This document shows positions 35,826 to 46,477 of a stretch of DNA of 64,000 bases, piece by piece. Position numbers and translations under genes: made by a program. Position 1 is the stretch's first letter, and each line of letters begins with the position of its first letter. The notes below the pieces were generated by a model. That model had not been told where the DNA came from and searched no databases. It saw nothing but the letters and a program-made list of their open reading frames with translations. Source of the stretch: a virus; IMG/VR virus record IMGVR_UViG_3300001533_000699; one strand, written 5' to 3'.

Positions 35826-38387
35826 ATGATAGAAGAACCTATTCATCCGTTTTTATTAAAAGATGAAAAGATGTCTGATAAAGCTGCTGAACGAGCAGTT
35901 TTGGTGGGGTTATTGCAATATGGTGAAGACGCATACTTAGACATTGCAGATTTTCTTGATACAGGTAGCTTTACTGACCCGGTTAATCAAGCAGTGTATA
36001 AATGCATACGTCATCTATATGAAGAGCAAAACATCAAGCAATTCGACCAATCATCTTTGTTGGCGTGTGCTAATATGCTTGGGTATGGTGTGTTCTTCGA
36101 AAAGCCATCCGATATACAGCATTTGCGAAGCTTATTAAATGGTAGAGTATTGCTGGAAAATGTACGCACGTGGGCAGCGCAAATACGTAAGTTACAAGTT
36201 GGAAGACTATTGCGTGACCAATTGCAGCAAGCAGCCATAGATATTGAGGAAATAAGAGGCACGGAATCTATTGAGTCTATATTGGGTGTTGCAGAAAGCG
36301 TGGTGTTCGATTTCAGCAACTTGCTACACTCAAGCGAAACTTCTAATCCATCATCTATTGGCGATGGTGTAGATGAATACTTAGACAATATCGAAAGCAA
36401 TCCAGTAAGTATCGTTGGTATTAGTAGCGGCATGTCATATTACGACCAAGCGATTGGTGGTGGGTTTCGACGTAAGACTGTATCATTGATTGGGGCACGC
36501 CCCAAAGCATTGCGTTATGGGTCTTTGGTTTACACAATAAATGGACCAGTACCGATTGAAAAAATTCGCGTTGGTGATATGGTATCACATCCATTTGATG
36601 GACCAAAAGTTGTTAGTGGTGTATACGACCACCCAAATACTAAAATATATCGAGTTCACTTCAAAGATGGTGACTATGTAGATTGTTGTGGTGACCACTT
36701 ATGGGAAGTTTACAAAAGATATCCATATGGTTTTCTTAATAACAAAAAATCTGAACAGAAGACAACAAAAGAATTGATAAATAACTTAACTATTGGTAGT
36801 GGCCACGAATATAAATGGGACGTTCCACTTAGTTACCCATTGTATTTTTCTGCACAATCCATAGAACTTAATGCATATGTTCTTGGCTTGTTGATTGGAG
36901 ATGGTTCATTCCGTAACGCTATAACATTTTCTACAGCAGATGTAGAACTAATAGAATGTATAAAATCATCATTACCAGGTTATAGTATCAAATTAGAAAT
37001 AGACACAGGAACATGTCAAACATATAGAATCAACGGTCTTCAAGATACAATTCGCTCACTAGGTTTATACAAACATAAAGCATGTGATAAGTTCATTCCA
37101 AAACACTATATCTACAACTCCGAACGGGTAAGATTAGATATACTACGTGGACTAATGGATACAGATGGCGATTGTACAATCAATCATAATAATGGTAGTT
37201 CTAGGTCTAGATTTTCTACAATATCAAAGCAATTGGCAATAGATGTAAAAACAATAGTGCAATCTTTAGGTGGGTTGTGTAGTATTACCATACAAAATGG
37301 AAACTACGATGGTAAACCACATAAGTCATATAGATGTGAAATAAGATTGCCATCAAACATAAATCCATTCAAGTTGCAGCGCAAAGCAAAAAGACACAAC
37401 TCACGACAACATGGTGAACTAAAAAGAACCATTGTTAAAATTGAAGACCTTAACATAACAGATAATGCAAGATGTATTACAATTGATTGTGAAGATGGAT
37501 TATTTATAACAGATAACTTCGTGGTTACCCACAACACCGGCAAGTCGATGCTATCAGTCAATATTGGTTTGCACATATCTAAAGAATTAGGTATACCAGT
37601 GTTGTATCTTGATACAGAAATGTCCAAAGAAGACCATTGGTCTCGTATGTTGTCGAATCTATGTCAAACTAAAGTAACAATCAATGATTTAGAAGCAGGT
37701 AAGTATGCTAGCAACAAACTATATAAACAGTCTGTTAGACAAGCCGCCGACATATTGAAGAAATTACCATTAGATTATCTCAATGTTTCTGGTAAACCAT
37801 TTGAGGAAATTATCTCTATTATGAGACGATGGGTAACGAAAAACGTTGGTTTTGATGAAACTGGCAAACGCAAAGACTGTGTCATTATATTTGATTACAT
37901 GAAGATGATGAGCGGAGAAGGTCTAAATGATAGCTTAAAAGAATACCAAGTTCTTGGCTTTATGATGACTGCGCTACATAACTTTGCGGTACGCTATGAT
38001 ATGCCTATCGTTAGCTTTATACAACTAAATCGTGATGGAATAGACAAAGAGTCTACAGATGTCATAGCTGGTAGTGACAGGGTTTTGTGGCTGGTAACTA
38101 ACTTCACGGTCTATAAGGCCAAGACCGCCGAAGAAATTGCAGACACAGGTCCGCAGCACGGCAATCGCAAATTAGTGCCTATTAGTGCTAGGCATGGTGA
38201 AGGATTAGAGCCTGGAGACTATATTAATGTTATGTTTACGGGTCAGTTTGGTAGAATAACTGAAGGAGAGACCAAACTTAATTTACAAAGAAAACATCAT
38301 GACGATATCGTAGATGATGTAAATGACGTACCGTTTAATGGAGACGCTGATGAAAATGAGTCAAGCGGTAGTCAACCAGATAACTAA
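35826..38387 (+). CDS. dnaB: replicative DNA helicase with intein
   Basis: AERAVL, GARPK|TGKS P-loop split by intein, DTEMS, FDYMK, QLNR. Confidence 0.93.
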   Translation: MIEEPIHPFLLKDEKMSDKAAERAVLVGLLQYGEDAYLDIADFLDTGSFTDPVNQAVYKCIRHLYEEQNIKQFDQSSLLACANMLGYGVFFEKPSDIQHLRSLLNGRVLLENVRTWAAQIRKLQVGRLLRDQLQQAAIDIEEIRGTESIESILGVAESVVFDFSNLLHSSETSNPSSIGDGVDEYLDNIESNPVSIVGISSGMSYYDQAIGGGFRRKTVSLIGARPKALRYGSLVYTINGPVPIEKIRVGDMVSHPFDGPKVVSGVYDHPNTKIYRVHFKDGDYVDCCGDHLWEVYKRYPYGFLNNKKSEQKTTKELINNLTIGSGHEYKWDVPLSYPLYFSAQSIELNAYVLGLLIGDGSFRNAITFSTADVELIECIKSSLPGYSIKLEIDTGTCQTYRINGLQDTIRSLGLYKHKACDKFIPKHYIYNSERVRLDILRGLMDTDGDCTINHNNGSSRSRFSTISKQLAIDVKTIVQSLGGLCSITIQNGNYDGKPHKSYRCEIRLPSNINPFKLQRKAKRHNSRQHGELKRTIVKIEDLNITDNARCITIDCEDGLFITDNFVVTHNTGKSMLSVNIGLHISKELGIPVLYLDTEMSKEDHWSRMLSNLCQTKVTINDLEAGKYASNKLYKQSVRQAADILKKLPLDYLNVSGKPFEEIISIMRRWVTKNVGFDETGKRKDCVIIFDYMKMMSGEGLNDSLKEYQVLGFMMTALHNFAVRYDMPIVSFIQLNRDGIDKESTDVIAGSDRVLWLVTNFTVYKAKTAEEIADTGPQHGNRKLVPISARHGEGLEPGDYINVMFTGQFGRITEGETKLNLQRKHHDDIVDDVNDVPFNGDADENESSGSQPDN
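36507..37535 (+). mobile_element. class 3 intein with LAGLIDADG homing endonuclease (343 aa)
   Basis: begins ALRYGS, ends VVTHN|T; LGLLIGDG and LRGLMDTDG; W-C-T signature. Confidence 0.88.
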
Positions 38388-39488
38388 TGAATGCTGCGAC
38401 AATATTGGGGATATGCTAGATACATTAGATGTTAAGTATACTCAAAGTCATCGACGCATATTTGGTCCATGTCCAATTCATGGTGGAGACAATCCAGTAG
38501 CCTGGAATCTGTATCCAGAAGGTGAGTCGGTACGTGGAATTTGGTATTGCTACACGCAAAACTGTCAAGAAAAATGGCGTAAAACACTTGTAGGGTTTGT
38601 TCATGCTTTATTGACCGTGAGAGGTAGCGAACCTAAGTCATGGCAAGATGCCGTATTATGGATGTCTGAATTTCTTGGATACAAGGATATTGCAGATGTA
38701 AAAACGCCCGACGCAGGAACATTAGAACGTCAAGGGTTCAATAATGTGATGCGTAGATTAAGTATTAAGCCTAACACTAACGTAGTACGCACATGGACAC
38801 CAAAATCATATCGCAAAGCGATGCAAATTCCGTCTCAATATTACATTGACCGAGGGTATAGCGCCGAAATATTGCAAAAGTATGATGTCGGGTATGCGCC
38901 GCGAACCAACAGGTCAGTAGTGCCGATATATGATGACTCGCATACAACAATTGTTGGTATGACAGGTAGAACGCATTGGCCACAATGTCCTCTGTGTAAA
39001 TACTATCATGCTGCCGATAAAGAATGTCCTACGACAACGGGTGACAAGATTAACTCGTGTAAATGGAAAAACTCGCCTGGGTTTGAAGCATCTAGTTATT
39101 TATATAATTTTTGGTTTGCCAAACCACATATTGAAAGTACCGGCACCATTATATTGGTTGAAGGACCGGGCGATGTTTGGAGGCTAGAAGAAGCAGGAAT
39201 TAAAAACAGCGTGGCAATTTTTGGTACAGTACTGAATGAAGAGCAATTAGTTCTATTAGAGTCATCATGGGCAATGAACGCTGTTGTTTTGACAGACAAC
39301 GATAAGGGCGGGCAATTAGCCGCAATAGACATAAAAAAAAACTAGATAGAACACACAGATTATACTTCCCAAAGTTTCATACCAAAGATATCGGTGGATT
39401 ACAAACCGACCAAATCACCGACGATATACAACCAATACTACAACAAATCAATACCGTACATAAACAACAATTAGGAGCAAAGAAATGA
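38350..39488 (+). CDS. dnaG: DNA primase (DnaG-like), frameshifted at A9 run 39333-39341
   Basis: CPIHGGDN..C zinc finger, LVEGPGD, TDND TOPRIM; -1 frame continues KDIG and ends in ATGA overlap with next gene. Confidence 0.85.
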
Positions 39489-40285
39489 CGTATATACTAG
39501 GGTTGTCAGGTAAAAAACAAAGTGGCAAAACCATGACAGCAAATTGGATTATAGGACAACAGATGTGTGCTATGAATATGGTGTCGTGGATAAAAATCAA
39601 TAGTAAGGGCAATCTTGTGGTTCCTGCTGTTGTCAACGATGAACTTATAGAGGGTGTATTTGACCCGCTAAGTCAAAACCCAGATGTACAAAACATGTTG
39701 TCTCAATATGTCTGGCCGGTTGTAAAGCTATATTCATTTGCTGAGATTCTGAAAATGTCAGTAGCGGCGATTTTTGGACTATCGTACGAGCAAGTAAACG
39801 GTAGTAATGAAGATAAAAACCGACCGACAAAATTCACGTGGGAAATGTTTAAGCCATTCTTAACCGCAAATATTAAACGAGACATATCACAACAAAATGC
39901 GTGGTCAGAACATTTGTCTGGTCGTAATTTACTACAGATAGTCGGCACTGAAATATTTAGACGTATACACGGAGACATATGGGTTGACGCCTGTATGAAT
40001 GAAATAGCTAATGATAAACCTGGGCTTGCTATAATAACAGATTGTAGATTTCCGAATGAAGTAGATGGTGTGCATAATGCTGGCGGTAAAGTCATAAGAT
40101 TTACGCGCTCACCATTCACGGAACAAGACCAACACGAAAGCGAAACAGCGCTTGATGATTATAGTGCTTCACAGTTTGACTTCGTGCTGGACAATGCTAA
40201 TATGAGTATTGAAGAACACAATAAAGCGATTAACGAAAAGTTGACAGAATGGGGATACAATACTTGGAAATGGCGTATAGCATGA
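39485..40285 (+). CDS. deoxynucleoside monophosphate kinase
   Basis: GLSGKKQSGKT, SFA..LK, R.LLQ.VGT, ITDCRFPNE, HESE. Confidence 0.85.
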   Translation: MTYILGLSGKKQSGKTMTANWIIGQQMCAMNMVSWIKINSKGNLVVPAVVNDELIEGVFDPLSQNPDVQNMLSQYVWPVVKLYSFAEILKMSVAAIFGLSYEQVNGSNEDKNRPTKFTWEMFKPFLTANIKRDISQQNAWSEHLSGRNLLQIVGTEIFRRIHGDIWVDACMNEIANDKPGLAIITDCRFPNEVDGVHNAGGKVIRFTRSPFTEQDQHESETALDDYSASQFDFVLDNANMSIEEHNKAINEKLTEWGYNTWKWRIA

Positions 40286-40313
40286 AATTCAAAATTTCAA
40301 ACAGGAATATATA

Positions 40314-41336
40314 ATGATAACAACCTACTTTCGTAGTTCCTCATATAACTGCTGGGGTCTATGTCAACAACAGTATCTGTTAACTTACGTTTTGGGTATA
40401 CCAGCGCCATCTGGGAAAAAAGCAGAAATGGGAACTACGCTCCATAAGGTAATGGAGTGCCTAGCCAACTGCAAGCTATGTATCCAAAATGGTACGGCAT
40501 CGTTTGAAGATGATGCTTTGGGTACTGTACCAGTAACGCCCGACACGTTGACTGACCCGCGATTCGTAGAGAAGGTGTTTGATAAGGCATATGCCCACTA
40601 CACCTCTCCTGCTAAGAGCATTCACAAATATACTGAGGCAGATAAACGCGATATACGTCAGTGGTGTTGGGATGCGCTACAGTTTCAAAATGGCGCGTTT
40701 GACCCTCGTAAACTAACGATTGTAGCCACAGAACCGTTTTTCGACTTTCCAATAGATGAACCGTGGGCAAAATACAGCTATGTTTTACCTGACGGCAAAG
40801 AACTAACTGGACAATTGCGCGTTAAAGGTACGGTAGACCTTATTACAAAAGTAAGCGATACGCATTATGAAGTAATAGATTGGAAATCTGGAGAGTGTAA
40901 AGATTGGGGCACGGGAGCCGCCAAAGACTATGTTGACTTCTGTAAAGACCCTCAACTTAGAATCTACCACTGGGCTCTTAGTCAAATGTATAAAGAAGCG
41001 AAAACATTTGCTATGACTATCAACTATGTGCGTACTGCTGGGCCGTTCACAGTAGCATATTCTGACGATGATATCAAAGCTACAATGGCAATGTTACGCA
41101 AAAGGTTTGAGCATATTAAGTCAACGATTATACCAAAGCTTAAGTCACCAACCAATCAACATTGGTTTTGTAAGAGAGTGTGTTGGTATGGTAAAACCAT
41201 ACACCCAAAAGATGGCACCAAAACTATATGTCAATACATTGCTGATAAAACTAGGCGATGTGGTTTGAACACGGTGATACTAGAAGAAACAGACCCAGGT
41301 CATACTGTTGGGTATTACCATAATCCAGGTAGTTAA
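40314..41336 (+). CDS. PD-(D/E)XK (Cas4/RecB-like) exonuclease
   Basis: GTTLH, GTVDL, IDWKSG, QLRIY, C..VC. Confidence 0.85.
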   Translation: MITTYFRSSSYNCWGLCQQQYLLTYVLGIPAPSGKKAEMGTTLHKVMECLANCKLCIQNGTASFEDDALGTVPVTPDTLTDPRFVEKVFDKAYAHYTSPAKSIHKYTEADKRDIRQWCWDALQFQNGAFDPRKLTIVATEPFFDFPIDEPWAKYSYVLPDGKELTGQLRVKGTVDLITKVSDTHYEVIDWKSGECKDWGTGAAKDYVDFCKDPQLRIYHWALSQMYKEAKTFAMTINYVRTAGPFTVAYSDDDIKATMAMLRKRFEHIKSTIIPKLKSPTNQHWFCKRVCWYGKTIHPKDGTKTICQYIADKTRRCGLNTVILEETDPGHTVGYYHNPGS

Positions 41337-41352
41337 ACAACGGAGAATACTG

Positions 41353-41769
41353 ATGCCAAAAGGTAAGAAGATTTGCCCACAATGCCAAGCTGAATTAGGT
41401 GTGCGTACTAAGGTCTGCGAATGCGGCCACGAGTTCGTGATTAAAAGTAGTAAGCAGGGAAGGGCTCATGGACCTCCCATTAAAACAAAGACTCACCCGT
41501 TAGCACAAACGTATGTTCCCACGCCGGGTTTGTGGGTGTTCGACCGTCCTCAGGATATGCCGAAGGTGCAGGCTCCCGGTCAACTACCAGATGGTCTTAT
41601 GACTAATCAGGAAATACATGAATATGTTACTTACAATGGTTTGGGTGATTGTATATTTGAATACATAATACCCGCTAAGATAGCAGACCCTAAACTGAGA
41701 AAAAAGTGGGAAAAAGCAAAGAAATATATAGAAGAAGCATGGGGTTATCTAATCAATGAAGACGATTAA
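41353..41769 (+). CDS. zinc-ribbon hypothetical protein
   Basis: MPKGKKICPQC....G.RTKVCECG; GGAG RBS. Confidence 0.65.
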   Translation: MPKGKKICPQCQAELGVRTKVCECGHEFVIKSSKQGRAHGPPIKTKTHPLAQTYVPTPGLWVFDRPQDMPKVQAPGQLPDGLMTNQEIHEYVTYNGLGDCIFEYIIPAKIADPKLRKKWEKAKKYIEEAWGYLINEDD

Positions 41770-41986
41770 TATAAATTTAAATAGAAAGCTAATGACACAT
41801 GCAATCATAGACCAATTACGTGATACAGCCAAATCGAACGATATGATAAGCGGAAGTGCTATTATTGATGTATTGAATGAGTATGATAGATTGCGTTATT
41901 TAGTTGAGGGAATAACTACAGCATATATGCGTGGAGACGAACAAAAGATTAGACAGGTTCTAGACACATTTCAAATACTATTATGA
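41756..41986 (+). CDS. hypothetical protein
   Basis: overlapping operon ORF. Confidence 0.55.
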   Translation: MKTININLNRKLMTHAIIDQLRDTAKSNDMISGSAIIDVLNEYDRLRYLVEGITTAYMRGDEQKIRQVLDTFQILL

Positions 41987-42351
41987 ATACATTCGACCAA
42001 TTAGTGTGGCAACAGGTCCAGACTGTGCGACCTTCATCTATCGTACTTGACAAATTACACGCTCGCGCTATAATACAGGATAGGGTGGACGCGCTACGTT
42101 CCGATAAAATGGACGTTTTAGATACGCTCGTACAAATTGCGGCGGCTGCGCAAATATGTGCAGAGCAACTATTATTGCTAAGACAGCAAGAAGAAGCTCC
42201 AAAACAAAGCGACTTACAGCATGAGTTGGAATCTATTGTGCAGCATATATTGGACAACATAACAGTAGCACAGCCTAAACAGCGCGGTGTATCTAGGCAG
42301 GTGTGTGAAATAGATACAGAGTTTTTGGAAAAATTGAAGGATATTGTATGA
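41983..42351 (+). CDS. hypothetical protein
   Basis: ATGA overlaps both sides. Confidence 0.55.
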   Translation: MNTFDQLVWQQVQTVRPSSIVLDKLHARAIIQDRVDALRSDKMDVLDTLVQIAAAAQICAEQLLLLRQQEEAPKQSDLQHELESIVQHILDNITVAQPKQRGVSRQVCEIDTEFLEKLKDIV

Positions 42352-44321
42352 CGACATACTTTCCTCTGCATGTGCATTCTCATTACTCATTACTTGATGG
42401 ATTAAGTAAACCATCACAAATAGCACGTAGATGTAAGGAACTAAATTTACCGGGCTCAGCTATTACTGACCATGGCAACATTTCTGGTGCTATTTCTTTT
42501 ATGAAGGCTATGAAGGGACTTCAGCCAATTATTGGGTGTGAACTATACATAAGTCCAAACGATGCTACTATTAAAGATGGAGACCGTACTTTATACCATC
42601 TTTGTGTTTTAGCAAAAAATATGGAAGGATGGCGCAGATTAGTACAAATCACAAGCGAATCCAATAAACCAGAGCACTTCTACTATAAACCGAGATTGGA
42701 TTTAGACCGATTAGCTAAATATGCAGATGGCAACTTAATTGCATTCAGCGGACACTTAGGCTCACATTTATCACACTGCATTTTTAAGGACATGGCGGTA
42801 CATGACTGTAAAACCGCCGAAGAAGCCAAAGCCCTTACGTACCCTGATTGGGTACAACGCACTACAGATGCGGCTATGCGTCTACGTGATATTTTTGGTA
42901 AAGATAATTTCTTTATAGAGATACAAGTTATTGATAGCAAGAATATGCCAGCGTGTGCCTTGCTTGCTACAGGTCTAAGGTATATCTCTAAAAAAACAGG
43001 CATTCCCTGCATAGCAACACCAGATGCGCATTATGCAAAACCAGAAGATGCGTACGACCAAAGAATATTGTTGTGTAATGCCATAAATACAAATTTCCAA
43101 ACTATAGAAGAAAAGAAGGTAAGTGGTGAAAATATTGGAATGGGAGCGTTCTTTCGTTCACGCCAATATCATATACCATCTTACGAAACAATGATTCAGT
43201 ATGGTAATACCGAAGAAGAACTTGCTAATACTATGGTCGTTGCTCAAATGTGTGAGTCTTATGACCTGACATCACCACCTAAACTACCTAAATTTCCATG
43301 TCCCGATGGAATGACTTCGCGACAGTACCTAACGAAGTTATTACACCAAGGCTGGATAGACCGACAACCGCAAATTCAGAACACAATCAACAGAACACAT
43401 CATACTGAACAAGAATACAAAGACAGACTTAATGAAGAATATAAGATTCTAACAGATGTGGGTCTATCAGATTATTTTCTAATTGTTAATGATATTATCC
43501 AATGGGCACGTAGCCAAGGTCAGCTTACCGGCGCTGGTCGTGGTAGTGCTGCTGGTTCATTAATTCTATACATACTTGGCGTTACTCACGTGGACCCAAT
43601 TGAGTTTGACCTGTTGTTTTCAAGGTTTTATAACGCTGGTCGTAATACAGCCGAACGTATCTCTTTGCCGGATGTTGATATGGATTTTGAAATTCAACAA
43701 CGGTTTAAAATATTAGACTATATACGTCAAAGGTATGGGCGTGAACACGTTGCGCAAATGCTCACGTTTACCAGACTACAGGGGCGTGGTGCATTAAAAG
43801 ATGTCATGCGTGCTCATTCTGCTATGTCATTTGAAGAAATGAATCGTGTGACAGCATTTATACCAGATGAAGCTGAAATCAGCGACCAATTACAAGCAGT
43901 TAAAGAGTTAGATAAGCAGGAAGGTGGGGATGGTGAAGCGTCTATTATACGCTGGGCATTAGAACATCACGCCGACGACCTTAAACAATGGGCGTATATT
44001 GATGATGACGGCAACATACAAGGACCATACGCTAAGCTGTTTGAACAGGCTATTAGAATAGAAGGCACTAAAAAATCACAAAGCAAACACGCCGCTGGTA
44101 TTATTATCGCTCAAGATGTATTATCTGATATATGTCCAATGGTATATGACAAATCTTCTGGTGAGACAATATGTGGAATGGAAATGAATGACTTAGAAGA
44201 TATGGGCAATGTAAAGATAGATATATTGGGCGTAGCAATGTTGGATAAATGCCACGGAATACTCAATTTACTAAAATATGGAACTCTATGTAAGGAAAAT
44301 AATGAATCAACCAACAGTTGA
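42348..44321 (+). CDS. dnaE: DNA polymerase III alpha, N-terminal half (PHP + palm)
   Basis: LHVHSHYSLLDG, TDHG, GRGSAAGS, PDVDMDF, KHAAG, KIDILG. Confidence 0.93.
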   Translation: MTTYFPLHVHSHYSLLDGLSKPSQIARRCKELNLPGSAITDHGNISGAISFMKAMKGLQPIIGCELYISPNDATIKDGDRTLYHLCVLAKNMEGWRRLVQITSESNKPEHFYYKPRLDLDRLAKYADGNLIAFSGHLGSHLSHCIFKDMAVHDCKTAEEAKALTYPDWVQRTTDAAMRLRDIFGKDNFFIEIQVIDSKNMPACALLATGLRYISKKTGIPCIATPDAHYAKPEDAYDQRILLCNAINTNFQTIEEKKVSGENIGMGAFFRSRQYHIPSYETMIQYGNTEEELANTMVVAQMCESYDLTSPPKLPKFPCPDGMTSRQYLTKLLHQGWIDRQPQIQNTINRTHHTEQEYKDRLNEEYKILTDVGLSDYFLIVNDIIQWARSQGQLTGAGRGSAAGSLILYILGVTHVDPIEFDLLFSRFYNAGRNTAERISLPDVDMDFEIQQRFKILDYIRQRYGREHVAQMLTFTRLQGRGALKDVMRAHSAMSFEEMNRVTAFIPDEAEISDQLQAVKELDKQEGGDGEASIIRWALEHHADDLKQWAYIDDDGNIQGPYAKLFEQAIRIEGTKKSQSKHAAGIIIAQDVLSDICPMVYDKSSGETICGMEMNDLEDMGNVKIDILGVAMLDKCHGILNLLKYGTLCKENNESTNS

Positions 44322-44487
44322 AGAAGTAGTTAATAAGCTTGGAGAACCAACGCGTGGATTGGTCACGAGAGCATTCGCATGGTTAGATAAGAAAGACAAG
44401 CATTTTCAAAATAAGTCACAAGTAGATAGATGGCAATTTATTGAGCGTTTGCTTGAGCAACATAGTACAGAACAGGAAACTTCATAA
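44302..44487 (+). CDS. hypothetical protein
   Basis: MNQPTVEE..., AAGGA RBS. Confidence 0.5.
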   Translation: MNQPTVEEVVNKLGEPTRGLVTRAFAWLDKKDKHFQNKSQVDRWQFIERLLEQHSTEQETS

Positions 44488-45161
44488 TGGACAACAGGCA
44501 CTTTTTATGTTTTGATTTTGAAACCGGCGGCAAATCTACGGAAACCGCCGAGGTACTACAAATAGGTGCGTGTGTAGTTCACCGTAACTCTCTTACTATT
44601 GTAGATAGTTTTGAAAGCCTAATGAGGCCAAAAGACTTTGATGCACTAGAGGATGAGGCACTAGCTATCAATGGGCTCACACGTGAAGAACTTAGAGAAG
44701 CACCTGAACCAGATTTGGTATGGCCAACTTGGGCCAAATGGATTCAGAGATACAATATTAATAAGAATAAGAACTCGTTCGGTGCACCAATAGCCATGTA
44801 TTACAATGGCGATAATTTTGATATGGCTTTCATGAAAAGGTATTGCAAACAATATGGATACTGGGATAATAAATGGGACAACCAAACACTTGTCAACCCT
44901 ATTCACACTTTCGATGTCATGAAGCATATATGGTTTTGGTTTAGGTCAGTATCAGATGGTCCTAGTAATCTCAAGCTTACTACTATATTAGAGTATATGG
45001 GTGTACCAAAATCAGAGATTGATAAAGGTGCCCACAATGCATTATGGGATGTTACCTGGACAGCTAAGATTGGTGTACGTCTATTGAATGTTGGTAGTTA
45101 TTTAACAACTCCTAACGATGATGGTAAGAGACGGCTGGAAATGAAAGACTGTTTTTGTTAA
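44487..45161 (+). CDS. DEDDh 3'-5' exonuclease (DnaQ-like)
   Basis: FDFETGG, YNGDNFD, AHNALWD. Confidence 0.88.
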   Translation: MDNRHFLCFDFETGGKSTETAEVLQIGACVVHRNSLTIVDSFESLMRPKDFDALEDEALAINGLTREELREAPEPDLVWPTWAKWIQRYNINKNKNSFGAPIAMYYNGDNFDMAFMKRYCKQYGYWDNKWDNQTLVNPIHTFDVMKHIWFWFRSVSDGPSNLKLTTILEYMGVPKSEIDKGAHNALWDVTWTAKIGVRLLNVGSYLTTPNDDGKRRLEMKDCFC

Positions 45162-45174
45162 ATAGGACAACACA

Positions 45175-45513
45175 ATGAAATCAAACATAATAGAAAAAAT
45201 GCTGCGTGAAGCTGCGAACGTAAATAAAAACCACACAACGCAAGAAATAGCTGAGTTTATCGCAAAGGAAATACAACAACACACATTAATTTGTCACAAA
45301 ATGCAGAACATAAGACATGCGCTAGTAGCAGAGGAAGATAGATATAAAAAAAATATAGACGCCATCAAGAAGGCAGCAATAAAAATTCGTACTGAAGAAT
45401 GTAAGCATTGGGATGTGGAATATTTTCCTGATGCATCTGGTGGTAATGACTCTGTTTATATCTGCAATGATTGCGGATTATCAAAAAAAACACCATTTGG
45501 AAAACAACAATGA
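45175..45513 (+). CDS. hypothetical protein
   Basis: C.H ... DASGGNDS..ICNDCG. Confidence 0.6.
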   Translation: MKSNIIEKMLREAANVNKNHTTQEIAEFIAKEIQQHTLICHKMQNIRHALVAEEDRYKKNIDAIKKAAIKIRTEECKHWDVEYFPDASGGNDSVYICNDCGLSKKTPFGKQQ

Positions 45514-45710
45514 AAACCTCTATGCTGATAAACAAGCTACAGAAACTACAATCATTATACGGTAACCTTGAGGTTGTTGTTGCTGGTGTGTTCACTGGCG
45601 GCGCACACAAGTTTGACGTATGTCCACCATCCGATTACTACGACCCACAGGAAGTGCTGATGATGAACGCAACGGATGTACAGGAAAAGTTTGTTATTGA
45701 CCAAGTATGA
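45510..45710 (+). CDS. hypothetical protein
   Basis: MKTSMLINKLQ...YGNLEV phage-type start. Confidence 0.55.
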   Translation: MKTSMLINKLQKLQSLYGNLEVVVAGVFTGGAHKFDVCPPSDYYDPQEVLMMNATDVQEKFVIDQV

Positions 45711-45982
45711 CTACCATATTTGAAGTCATTGGATGGATAGGTGCAATTCTATTCTGTCTTTGTGGAGTTCCACAAGCACTAAGAACATACCGCACAAAAA
45801 GCACCACAGATATTTCTTGGTGGTTTCTATGGATGTGGTATATAGGTGAGATACTAACGTTAATATACGTTATGTATACAAGTATTAGTAATGAATACTG
45901 GCAGGCTTCCCTGCTTACAAACTACATTTTCAACATTTGTATAATTACATATATCATTGCTATGAAATGGAGATATGAATAA
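45707..45982 (+). CDS. PQ-loop / SemiSWEET-like membrane protein
   Basis: IGWIG...C.VPQ..RTYRTKST.DIS, three TM segments. Confidence 0.8.
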   Translation: MTTIFEVIGWIGAILFCLCGVPQALRTYRTKSTTDISWWFLWMWYIGEILTLIYVMYTSISNEYWQASLLTNYIFNICIITYIIAMKWRYE

Positions 45983-46461
45983 TGTATGAATTGACCAATG
46001 ACTTTTGGGCTGAAGCAGAACAAAGTGATGTATGTGCAATAGTTTGTACTATTAATACTGTCTGTAAAAAAGACGGCACGTTAGTAATGGGTGCTGGTAT
46101 AGCAAAAGACTTTGCTGAGCGCATTGAATGGCTGCCAGAAAGATGGGGTGTGCGCACAGCACGAATGTCCAATGGTCCTACTTATCCATTCGTGGAAATT
46201 ATGCAGGGAAACCATCCTGATATTGTAGGCATCCACACAAAACTTGATTGGCGAGACCCCTCTCCTTTGAATCTGGTTGACAGAAGCATTAAACAGTTGT
46301 ATATTGTGTCTATGGCTCTTGAATGGCGGTGGGGTGCACAAAAACGCATTTTGATGACTAGACCGGGCTGCGGTCATGGAGGGTTGTCGTGGTCTAAGCA
46401 AATTAAGCCTTTGATGGATAAAATTCTGGACGATAGATTTGTGGTTATAAATCAACAATAA
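45982..46461 (+). CDS. macro-domain (ADP-ribose binding/hydrolase) protein
   Basis: TIN..., VMGAGIAK, TK..W, PGCG.GGL.W. Confidence 0.8.
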   Translation: MYELTNDFWAEAEQSDVCAIVCTINTVCKKDGTLVMGAGIAKDFAERIEWLPERWGVRTARMSNGPTYPFVEIMQGNHPDIVGIHTKLDWRDPSPLNLVDRSIKQLYIVSMALEWRWGAQKRILMTRPGCGHGGLSWSKQIKPLMDKILDDRFVVINQQ

Positions 46462-46477
46462 CTTTCAGGTAAAAATT

